Origin: Candidatus Micrarchaeota archaeon
Lineage (GTDB): Archaea > Micrarchaeota > Micrarchaeia > Norongarragalinales > UBA8480
Direction: 5' to 3'
Length of the DNA stretch: 64,000 nucleotides
NCBI GenBank assembly: GCA_021812145.1
Contig: JAKAOM010000001.1
Span: forward strand, 21,898-85,897
The position numbers and the translations under genes were made by a program. The notes beneath the pieces were generated by a model. It was given only the letters and a program-made list of their open reading frames with translations. It was not told the DNA's origin and did not search any database. Below are positions 16,389-25,300 of the stretch, in pieces. Position 1 is the stretch's first letter, and each line of letters opens with the position of its first letter.

Positions 16389-16544
16389 ATGGGAAAATTT
16401 CCAATTGCCGATCATGCTTTGACTGAGATTTGGATTTGCCTTAAATGCAAGTCTAGGAACGCCAAGGGCGCAAATGTCTGCAGGAAGTGCGGCAGCAAGT
16501 ATTTAAGGCCTAAGAGAGCAAGAAAGAAAGAAACCAAAAAGTAA
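16389..16544 (+). CDS. rpl40e: 50S ribosomal protein L40e (absent from ORF track)
   Basis: MGKFPIADHALTEIWICLKCKSRNAKGANVCRKCGSKYLRPK...; two CxxC pairs. Confidence 0.9.
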   Translation: MGKFPIADHALTEIWICLKCKSRNAKGANVCRKCGSKYLRPKRARKKETKK

Positions 16545-16656
16545 GAAGCCTTTTTTTTTGGCTTTTTCTTTTGTTTTTTTTCACAAAGCTTTCAAAGCAT
16601 TTAAAAATTATTGTTTTTTAATTACTTCTAGTTTTGACCTTGCTAGCCTTTTTTTT

Positions 16657-16758
16657 GCAGGGGTGGCTGAGCCTGGTCAAAAGCGCAGGTTGATTTCTGT
16701 GCGACACTTAAGATCCTGTCTCTTAGCGAGTTCGAGGGTTCAAATCCCTCCCCCTGCA
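16657..16758 (+). tRNA. tRNA-Leu(UAA) copy 1 with a 16-nt intron at position 30/31 (16690-16705)
   Basis: Removing TTGATTTCTGTGCGAC restores CAGGA-CTTAAGA-TCCTG; long variable arm; BHB-like CGCA/TGCG helix. Confidence 0.9.
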
Positions 16759-16785
16759 TTAACATTAAATTACCCCCGGATTTTT

Positions 16786-18057
16786 TTATAATAAAAGCCA
16801 CTTATACAAAGGAATAAACTTGATTTTTTTGCCGTCATACTCTTCTGTTTTTTCATAATCCCAGGTTAATATAACAAGATCATTGCAGCGCAGGTTATCT
16901 GATGCCTTTAAAATCGCTTTGACCTCCCTTTTTTTTGTTTTTTCGTTTTCAACGCTGTAAGTTACCTGAATCAGTTGTTTGATTTTAATTCCTTCTTTTA
17001 TTACAAAATCAACTTCTGCGGTTGAGTCTTTCCAGTAAAAAACTTTAAACTTTGTAAAATCGTTGGATCTTCTCATTAATTCTATTGCCACACTGTTTTC
17101 CATTAACCTTCTCTGCTCAAGCATTGGTTCAAGTGCAAAAGCATCTATTATCCCATTGTCTATGACGTAAAGCTTTTTTGGCGATTTGATTTGCTCTTTT
17201 GCTTTGAATGAGAATCTGTCCAGCGCGAACACCAAAAACGCCTCTTGGATATACGCCACGTATTTTTCAGCTGTGTGAACGCTGGCTAATCCTGACGCTT
17301 TCGCTACGCTGTTGTAAGAGAATTCGCTTGCAAACGCGCTTATCAAGTACCTTATGATATTGTATATTGCGTTTGAATACCTTATCCTGTGCCGTCTTAC
17401 AATGTCTTTGATGATTATGCTGTCCACGAGTGTTGTGATGTAATTGTTTCGATCTATGCTTTCATTTACAGTTATTTCAGGGTACCCTCCTTTTTTTATG
17501 TACTCGCTGGTTAAATTCAAAATCTCGCCCTGCACGCTTTTCAGCTGCGTTTTGTTTGTGTCAAATAGATAGTTTTTTGCTTTCATGAATTCGCTTAATG
17601 AAAATGTGAAGACGCTTATCTGCAGGTGCCTTCCCGTTAGGTGAGTCGCCAGTTCTGTGCTCAGTAGATTTGAGTTCGAGCCTGTTACAATAAGATTGTA
17701 TCCTTCTCTTTGAAGCCTGTTCACGAAAAGCTCCCACCTGCTGAGGTTTTGCACCTCGTCAAGCAGCAGAAGTTCAAATTTTCCATATACTTCCTTCAGG
17801 TTTTTGATATATTCTTCATAATCGCTTGTTTTTAACAGTTTTTCATCATCGAAGTTTACGTATGCGAATCTTTTATCATTGATGCTTTGAAGCGAGAAGT
17901 AAGATTTGCCGGCTCTTCTCGGCCCGATTATTACCTTTACCAAGTTGTTTTCAAGCGATTTTCCTAAAGATATTTCTCTTTTCACTGTTTTGCTTGACAG
18001 TATTTTCACTGCCTCGTCTTTTTCCTTGACTAAGACTTCCCTTATACCTTCACTCAT
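16786..18057 (-). CDS. AAA+ superfamily ATPase (AAA_14 + DUF4143)
   Basis: GPRRAGKS Walker A, LLLDEVQ Walker B, VTGSN, GGYPE, KLYVIDNG, EN...EVDFV C-terminal domain. Confidence 0.9.
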   Translation of the reverse strand: MSEGIREVLVKEKDEAVKILSSKTVKREISLGKSLENNLVKVIIGPRRAGKSYFSLQSINDKRFAYVNFDDEKLLKTSDYEEYIKNLKEVYGKFELLLLDEVQNLSRWELFVNRLQREGYNLIVTGSNSNLLSTELATHLTGRHLQISVFTFSLSEFMKAKNYLFDTNKTQLKSVQGEILNLTSEYIKKGGYPEITVNESIDRNNYITTLVDSIIIKDIVRRHRIRYSNAIYNIIRYLISAFASEFSYNSVAKASGLASVHTAEKYVAYIQEAFLVFALDRFSFKAKEQIKSPKKLYVIDNGIIDAFALEPMLEQRRLMENSVAIELMRRSNDFTKFKVFYWKDSTAEVDFVIKEGIKIKQLIQVTYSVENEKTKKREVKAILKASDNLRCNDLVILTWDYEKTEEYDGKKIKFIPLYKWLLL

Positions 18058-18157
18058 GCATTATTATTGCAACGCGAAGATTTTAATATTTTTGCATTAT
18101 AATGCACAAAAATCAAATATTTTGTGCACTGCAAAAAAACTAAATATTTTTGTAAAG

Positions 18158-18259
18158 GCAGGGGTGGCTGAGACTGGTCAAAAGCGCAGGTTGATTTCTG
18201 TGCGACACTTAAGATCCTGTCTCTTAGCGAGTTCGAGGGTTCAAATCCCTCCCCCTGCA
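18158..18259 (+). tRNA. tRNA-Leu(UAA) copy 2 with the same 16-nt intron (18191-18206)
   Basis: Identical to 16657-16758 except one D-loop base (GAGAC vs GAGCC). Confidence 0.9.
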
Positions 18260-18338
18260 TTTACGCCTTTTTTTGTGAATGAAAATCGTTAAAAATGCCT
18301 TTGATTTTAATAATTGCTTAAATTCAAGTTTTTAGTGA

Positions 18339-19481
18339 TTGCCTGGAATGAAGTTTTCTTTTGGTTTTAGACATTTTTTGCAGTTGGCTTCGTTTGGACT
18401 GCAGAAGTTTTACGATTTAAAGAATAAGTTGGGTTTTAATCATTCTGTTTTCAAAAGAGTAGTTGTTTTTTCAAATATAGAAATTGGAAATTTTATTGTA
18501 AACCTTCCTGTCTTGGAGTCGGTCTGCGCTAAATCTCAAGAAACTCTGATTATTGCGCCATCTTATATGCGCGAGTTTTCTCCTGACAAAGCTTCTGTTA
18601 TAACAATCCCAAACGGCTTAGGCGATAAATTAAGGCTTTTGTTTAAAATTATTTTTTTCAACCCCGATCACCTGATTCTCTTTGAAGCTAATTCTTTAGG
18701 GGTGGCTTCTTCAATTCCCTTGATTTTTTCAAGCGATAGAATTGATTTTGATTCGATTTTTCTTAAGGAAATGTGGTTTAATGGAAAAATTAAGCCAGTT
18801 CATCTCACTGAATACAATTTGAATGCGATTATCCAATTTGGTTTTAATTCAGTTAATCCTGTTCCAGAGGTTAAAGTTGGAAGGGAAGATTTTCTGAAGG
18901 CTGAAAAAATCCTCGCTTCTTTTGGTGTGAAGGGACGTTTTTTTGTTTTGTTTCCAGGTTCTTCTGACGAGAAGACGCGCTGGAGAGTTGAGAATTTTGC
19001 AAAGACCGGCGATTCTTTGGCGCGCAAGTTTAGCTGGACTCCGGTTATAGTTCAAGGTCCTGATGATGCCGCTTCAGCCTCGTTGGTTGCGGGTCTTATG
19101 AAATTCAAGCCAGTTATACTTCCACTGATTCCTTTAAACATTTTGGCCGGCGTTTTCAAAAAGGCTGGTTTTTACATAGGTATGGACACAGGCCCTGCTC
19201 ATTTGGCTGCGGCTGTTGGCTGTCCAACAGTTTCTGTCTTTACCAGAGGCTGCCCTTACTGGTATTATCCTTACACTTGGAAGGGCGCTGCAGTTTACGT
19301 AAAAGCGTATGTAAGCGAGAACAGCCGCAGGGTAAACAGCGAAGCGCTCAGAGGAGCTCCAGCGTCTTTTGACGTTATCACCCCTTCCTGTGTTGTCAAG
19401 GCGGTGGCGAGGGCGGTTTCAGGCAGAAAGAAAGCGGGAAGAGTTCCCTTCAATGGCTTTGAGTGCAATTCAAAACAGTGA
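18339..19481 (+). CDS. Glycosyltransferase family 9 (heptosyltransferase-like)
   Basis: IG-N-FI-x-x-LP, PGSS-x-x-KTRW, DTGPAHLAAAVG-x-P. Confidence 0.85.
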   Translation: MPGMKFSFGFRHFLQLASFGLQKFYDLKNKLGFNHSVFKRVVVFSNIEIGNFIVNLPVLESVCAKSQETLIIAPSYMREFSPDKASVITIPNGLGDKLRLLFKIIFFNPDHLILFEANSLGVASSIPLIFSSDRIDFDSIFLKEMWFNGKIKPVHLTEYNLNAIIQFGFNSVNPVPEVKVGREDFLKAEKILASFGVKGRFFVLFPGSSDEKTRWRVENFAKTGDSLARKFSWTPVIVQGPDDAASASLVAGLMKFKPVILPLIPLNILAGVFKKAGFYIGMDTGPAHLAAAVGCPTVSVFTRGCPYWYYPYTWKGAAVYVKAYVSENSRRVNSEALRGAPASFDVITPSCVVKAVARAVSGRKKAGRVPFNGFECNSKQ

Positions 19482-19585
19482 CTGCTTGAATATTCAGCTT
19501 ATTTTTTTGCAGAAGGTTTAAATAGTTTAATGAATATATATTCATAATTATTTTAGGGTTTTGAATTAAGGGGTGAATTAAAAAA

Positions 19586-19822
19586 ATGCCATGCAAAGAT
19601 GGAACAGGTCCTCTTGGACAAGGGCCTATGACGGGCAGAGGTTTCGGGCGTTGCGGGCGAGGCATGCGCAGGAGCGCGGGCTACTGCAGGGGCTTTGGTT
19701 ATGGAGCTGCTTCGCTCACTCAAGAAGAAAGAGAAAAACTTCTTGAAGCGGAGCTTGAAGACTTGGAAGCCGAAAAAAAGGCTGTCGAGTCACAGCTTGA
19801 AAGATTGAAAGCGAAAAACTAA
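19586..19822 (+). CDS. DUF5320-family small protein
   Basis: MP-x-x-DGTGPLGQGPMTGRGFG-x-C, then a C-terminal coiled coil. Confidence 0.85.
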   Translation: MPCKDGTGPLGQGPMTGRGFGRCGRGMRRSAGYCRGFGYGAASLTQEEREKLLEAELEDLEAEKKAVESQLERLKAKN

Positions 19823-19849
19823 AAGTGAAGCTTTCAGGAAAAACGCTGA

Positions 19850-19897
19850 GAGGTAAATCAAGGCTTTAAAAATAAGCCTTGAACCTCACTTTTTTTT
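19850..19897 (+). terminator. Hairpin followed by a T-tract after the DUF5320 gene
   Basis: TCAAGGCTT-N7-AAGCCTTGA with outer GAGGT/ACCTC, then poly-T. Confidence 0.55.
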
Positions 19898-19968
19898 ATT
19901 TTTAATTCAATAATTATTGAATATTTTTGATAAAAAACGTTTTAAACATTAAAAGACAAGATTCACCT

Positions 19969-20313
19969 ATGCCTAGGCCGAGATTGTGCAGGAGGGTCGC
20001 CTTCCAACCGGAGGTTAACTATTTCAAACCGGCAGGGGTTAGAATAGGCTATCTTGAAGAGTCCACTCTAACTGTTGAAGAGTTTGAGGCGGTAAGACTC
20101 AAAGACTTGGATGGTTTTGAACAGAATGATTGCGCTAAGAAGATGCGCGTTTCACAACCTACTTTTCACAGGGTTTTGCTTTCAGCAAGAAGAAAGATTG
20201 CTGACGCCTTAGTTAACGGCAAGGGCCTGCGCATAGAAGGCGGAAATTTCAAGATTTACGGCAAAGGTTTTTCAAGAAGGGGTAGTGGTTTTGGAAGGAA
20301 TGGCTTATGCTAA
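19969..20313 (+). CDS. DUF134 family HTH DNA-binding protein
   Basis: MPRPR-x-CRRV...FKPAG...EEFEAVRLKD...Q-x-x-CA-x-x-M-x-VSQPTF-x-R-x-L-x-SARRKIADALVNGK; start re-called at 19969. Confidence 0.9.
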   Translation: MPRPRLCRRVAFQPEVNYFKPAGVRIGYLEESTLTVEEFEAVRLKDLDGFEQNDCAKKMRVSQPTFHRVLLSARRKIADALVNGKGLRIEGGNFKIYGKGFSRRGSGFGRNGLC

Positions 20314-20380
20314 CCTGCCTTTCTTTTGGCTAAGCTTGCTTCTGGCTTTTACCTTTAAGATTTTTGAAGTGGTTTGAATT

Positions 20381-20929
20381 TTGAAGAAGACTCGCAGTGG
20401 TTTTAAAAAGATTTGGGATTTGAAAATCTCCAGTTTGGTTAACGCGAGCTTTGACAAGTTTGAGAGCGAGTTGAAAGAGCATGGAAAGTTGATGAAGTGG
20501 ACTTTGAAGCATGTTTTGCTTCCCGTAGCCGTTCTGTATTTGATTGTGGGCTTGATTATACAGAAGAGGGTGGTTGACTCGCTTTTCATTGGCTTTCTGC
20601 TTTTTATTTACAGCGGTTTCGTCCCTGACTTGGACTCGCTCATGGTTGTAAAAAAAGATTTGAAGAGAGAGGGTTGGGTGGAAAAAATTGCTCTTTTGTT
20701 TTTAGGCCCTTTGCTGGTTTATTATTTGATTTCCGGCGAGTCAAAGCCGATCTACGTTAAAAAAGCAAAGGAGTTTCACAGCGTTGCTTATCTAGCCGCG
20801 TACTGCACTTTTCTTTTGGCTGTAGGCTTGATTTTTTACGGGAATGCGCTTGAAACTTTGTCCCTTCCCTTATTCGGAGGTTTGGGCTACGCCACGCATC
20901 TTTTCATGGACGGGTATTTGAAGTTTTAG
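20381..20929 (+). CDS. Membrane-bound metal-dependent hydrolase (YdjM-like)
   Basis: PDLD, FHS and GYATHLFMD motifs within TM segments. Confidence 0.7.
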   Translation: MKKTRSGFKKIWDLKISSLVNASFDKFESELKEHGKLMKWTLKHVLLPVAVLYLIVGLIIQKRVVDSLFIGFLLFIYSGFVPDLDSLMVVKKDLKREGWVEKIALLFLGPLLVYYLISGESKPIYVKKAKEFHSVAYLAAYCTFLLAVGLIFYGNALETLSLPLFGGLGYATHLFMDGYLKF

Positions 20930-20978
20930 CATTTTAGTACGCAAGGTTTTTTAAGGATTCATTGAGTTGTTTTTCTAT

Positions 20979-21488
20979 ATGGTTGATTTGATTTCTCATG
21001 CGTTGTGGGCTTTCGCTTTTTTCCACAATTTGTCCAACGCGTGGCTTTACGTTCTTTTCACTCTTCTTCCCGATTTGCTGTGGGGCGTTCCATCCTTTGC
21101 CTTTCTTATTTCAACAGGAAGATTAGGAGAGTTGAGAAAAGCCAGATGGAGGAGAAGTCAAAATAAGGATGGCGTTAAAGACTTTAGGTCTGATTTGGGC
21201 GGCAAGTTGTATCATTTATCGCATTCTTGGATTGCTATGGGTTTTGTTGGAGCGTTGCTTTTCATTTTCATCCCTTCCATAGCTCTTCCCTTTATAGGCG
21301 GGGTTTTTCTTCACTTGGCTTTTGACCTTTTTCTTCACAAGGACAGTGTTTTCGGTCAAATGCCTTTATACCCCCTGTCGTCTTTTCGGGTGGAAGGCTT
21401 CATTCACTGGAGCGACAGGCGTTTAATTATCCTGAATTACGCTCTTTTGACTCTAGCGTATTTCATAATCATCGCAGGTCGCCTTTGA
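20979..21488 (+). CDS. Membrane-bound metal-dependent hydrolase-like protein
   Basis: N-terminal H, LPDL, SHS, HL-x-x-D-x-x-x-H and PLYP motifs. Confidence 0.7.
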   Translation: MVDLISHALWAFAFFHNLSNAWLYVLFTLLPDLLWGVPSFAFLISTGRLGELRKARWRRSQNKDGVKDFRSDLGGKLYHLSHSWIAMGFVGALLFIFIPSIALPFIGGVFLHLAFDLFLHKDSVFGQMPLYPLSSFRVEGFIHWSDRRLIILNYALLTLAYFIIIAGRL

Positions 21489-21543
21489 TATTTTTCAAAA
21501 ACAAAAATGAATTTTGGGCTAGTCAAAAACTTTAAAAATCAAC

Positions 21544-22278
21544 ATGTTGAACGTATTAATTGTGGCAAGCAAAACTTTTATACTTGGCATCTTAGCAGTT
21601 CTGGTAATTATCGCGGTCGTATATTTTTATTCTCAAAATTCAAGTCAATCCGTTCAGCCGGTAACACCTGTAAAAAGCGCTTCAACCACTGAAGTTTTAT
21701 TGAATAATACAAACTCCAACTTAACAATTTATGATAATCAGACTATTTTATTGAATTATGCTGTAACCCCTCCAGAATTAAATACTATCCTGTATGTAGA
21801 CGGAACGGTTGAAGGAGGTAATTTCAACACTACGAATCTGCAAGATGGGTTTTATAACATAACCGCTATAACATACAGTTCGGATAATTACACCGGCTCG
21901 AGTGATACTCAATATTTAACTATACTACCTGCAAACGCTATAAACACTCAAAACCATTATCTAAACTTGAGCGTTGGTGAAGCAGGACAAGTTGAGCTAC
22001 CTGTTAATCCTTCCACTGGAACTTCCTGGTGGGTTCAATCAGCGCCTTCTAATATCGAAGTAAATTCTTCAAGTTCTGTAAACACAAGCATTACCTGCCC
22101 TTCTGGAATTGCTGGTTGCAGTAATCAATTAACTGTTTACTCTTTTATGTCAAACGAGTCTGGAAATTATACTGTTGAATTGCGCTTAGGCCATGCTTGG
22201 GCGCATGAAGAGTATTATGAAGTTGACTTGGTTTATTTGACTGTGCAAAACTCGTCAATAGCAAACCAATCTGGCTAA
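21544..22278 (+). CDS. Membrane-anchored protein with Ig-like segment and chagasin/I42 protease-inhibitor domain
   Basis: N-terminal TM; LPVNPSTGTSW (NPTTGY-x-W loop), G-x-x-G, and HAW (RPW-equivalent) loops. Confidence 0.7.
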   Translation: MLNVLIVASKTFILGILAVLVIIAVVYFYSQNSSQSVQPVTPVKSASTTEVLLNNTNSNLTIYDNQTILLNYAVTPPELNTILYVDGTVEGGNFNTTNLQDGFYNITAITYSSDNYTGSSDTQYLTILPANAINTQNHYLNLSVGEAGQVELPVNPSTGTSWWVQSAPSNIEVNSSSSVNTSITCPSGIAGCSNQLTVYSFMSNESGNYTVELRLGHAWAHEEYYEVDLVYLTVQNSSIANQSG

Positions 22279-22311
22279 ACTTCAATTAAAATCAGGGAAG
22301 AATAATCAAAT

Positions 22312-25300
22312 CTAGCTCAAGCCCTTGCTGGTGGTTGCTTCTCTCAAAAGGTTTTGAGTAACCCACTCCTGCCATTCTTGAAGAAGGGTTTTGTAGTCTA
22401 TCCCTCCATGCTCTTCTCTTTGCTTTTCCTGCATTAGTAGGTATTTTGAGTGCGCTCTTATGCTGTAGTTTGCCTCCAAGATTTGAGGCACGTTATTTTT
22501 TCTTTTCAAATCAACCAGAAACTGCTTTGTAGCCGCTCTCGCGCTTATTTCGTTCCATATGTCTTCGTAGCTTAACCCTCTGTTTCTCATCACCTTGGCA
22601 ATCCACTCGCTTTGCTTTATTTTTTCTTGGTATAGTTCAAGCCCGTCTATGTTAGCGTTGAAGTTCTCCCAGTTTAGGAACCCGTCTTCCTTCAACGGGT
22701 CAACGTTCCATTCTTTTTTAACTTCTGTTATTTCAATTATCCTTCTCTGCCTTTTCAAGGACCCTTTGAATCTTATAGGCGCTCCCACGATTGCGAAGTC
22801 CGTTGCTTTGAACGAGGTTGTAGGCACTCCCAAATCATTAACCACCCTATCCCATATAGAGTACGCGCTTTCCCCGTGGATGGTTCCCATGACCACGTTT
22901 CCCACAGCTCCGACTCTCATGGCTTCATACAATGCTCTTGCTTCTGTGTTGTGAAGCAGGATCCCTCCAAAACCACCTATGAAATTCTGGCATGGGCTTA
23001 CTGATAGGTCGTAAACCGGTTCGGGTTTTTTAAGATTGATTTCTTTGATTGAAACGATCTCGTCCAGGTAAAAATCCCCGTTTGCGAATGTTTTCATTTC
23101 TTCCGAGCACTCGCACTCTGGATCTGAAATTACTTTTTTAAGATAATTCTTGCTGCACCTTCCAAACCTGAATAAGTGTCTGTATCTGCGAGGATATTTT
23201 TTCAGGTGTTCTTTAAGGCTTTCTTTTTCAAAGTATACTGTGTTGGTTTTGTTGTGCGCCCATGCCTTTATCAGAGGGGTTGGTTTTTTTTGGACAAACC
23301 CTATCTCGTTAAGGAACGTTTTAACTGCTTCGCGCTCCTTGAACTCAACAATCCACAACTCGTTTGATTTTTCATTTTGATGTTTTCTTGAATAAACGCG
23401 CGCAACGATTCCGAAAACCAACAAAAGATAGGAAACATCCTCTGCCAGCTTTTTGGATGTCGAATAATATCTCACACTGTTTCCCGAGTTTTTAGAAGCG
23501 GTGAATGAGCCATCGCCACTGTAGAGTGCACGCAGGAAATTAGCTATCTTTTTCTTTGAAAGACCGTAAATCATTGAAGGGATTCTTTTTTCAGTGCAGG
23601 TTCTACCACCTCCTAACTTTTCAATAAGCCTTGCAAGCGGCGAGCTTGAAAGCCTGAGTTGAATCGACCTGCCAGCTCCATGCACCTCTCTTTCGGATGG
23701 CTGTATTCCAAAAAGGGATTGTGAGACGAATTTCATGTCGCTTAGTAACACTTCATTTGAATTAGTCAGAACCACGTTTCCTCCTTTTCCTTTTTTCAAA
23801 TCATAGTATCCTTCGGAAACGTAATAACCTAAAAAGCGGCAGAACTCTTCATTCACTTGAATAACTGCAGGAATGCTCGTGCTAGTTCCTGTTTTTACTT
23901 TCAGCTTTTTCTCATCAAAAGCTGTTTCTGTTTTCTCCATAAGTTTTTTGAACGATTCTATTGGAATGTTTACCTGCTGGCTTGAAGAGGTCCTGAAATA
24001 ATTGTATATATCTCCTGAAGTTACCTCTGCGATTAGCGTTGCTTCCCTCCACCCTATTTTTGATATAGCGGTTCTCACAGGGCTTTCGAAGTTTTCAACC
24101 CTTAACTCAGGAAGTATTTTCATTAAGTGAATTTCAGTTAAATCGTTGAAACCGCACGGGATTCTTGAAGGTATTACTATCTGGTCTCCTTCGCAAAGCT
24201 TTTCACATTCGATCGCAGCGATTTTAAAATCTCTTGTAGCAGTGAACAGACTGTGGTCAGGAGTTACGGTTACTTTTCTTCCTGTTTTTGTGGTTATTTC
24301 AATCATTCTCTTCCTTTCAGGGTGCTTCACAAAACCAGAGAGCGGCTTGAGCGTTGTTTTAAGGTCAAACTCAATGGCAGGAACTTGAATACTACTCGTA
24401 TTTTTTCCTTCAATATCTTTGATTTGAATTCTTTTTGTAACACCATTCTCTATTATAAAAACCTCTTCATTACCCCTGATAGAGCTTCTAACTTCTCCAA
24501 CCACCAAAACAGAATCTCCTAATCTTAAAGCAGTTCTGAGCGCGTCTTCAGCTGAAACTTCAGCCTCGCTTTGAGCTCCTAAAGGCGGCCTTGTTTTAAG
24601 TCTTTCAATGTTGAAGGCAAGATTTTTCAATTGAGGGACAGGAAGCTCCTGAGTGTCTTCTTGCACAATAATCCTTAAATTTTGAGGGATTTCCTGCATT
24701 AAAGCTTGAAGAAGGGATGTTTTTCCAGCACCTCTGCTTCCCACTATAAGCATGGAAGCTTGAGCGTCCACAAAGAATGAGAGTATTCCCGCTGTTATTG
24801 GGTTGAACATTTTAAAATCAAGAAATTGCGGAAGCGTCCAAGGAGTTTCCTTGTGCAGCCTTAACGCGAAGGCGGTTCCATCTAACGCCAACGGCTTTCC
24901 TATCACCGCCACTCTTGTCTGCAGGTCCGGCAGGTCGAAGTCAAGAATGGGGTGGGCTTCGTCGAACGGCCTTCCGCTTAAAGCTCTGAATCTTGACACC
25001 AACGCTTTAGCCTCCTCCTCGCTGAATATGACGTTTGTTTGGCACTGCCCGTATTTTGAGTGGACCAGATAGACTGGCTTTATTCCCAACGGAGAGTCAA
25101 TATAAACGTCTGTAAGCTGCCTGTCGTTAAGTATTATTTCCAGAATTCCGTAACCTATAGTATATCTTGCGACTATTGTTGCCAATTCTTCTTTTTCCTC
25201 CATTGAAAGACTTATCTTGTTTCTGACCGCTATATCCGATATCGTATTAATGTATATTTTGGAAAAGTATTTTCTCGCCTGATCCATGTCCATAAAACCA

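Noticed and set aside
16558-16791. ORFs 16558-16791 and 17906-18292 sharing the peptide GQKRRLISVRHLRSCLLASSRVQIPPPA
   Set aside because: These are translations of the duplicated tRNA-Leu, not a protein repeat.
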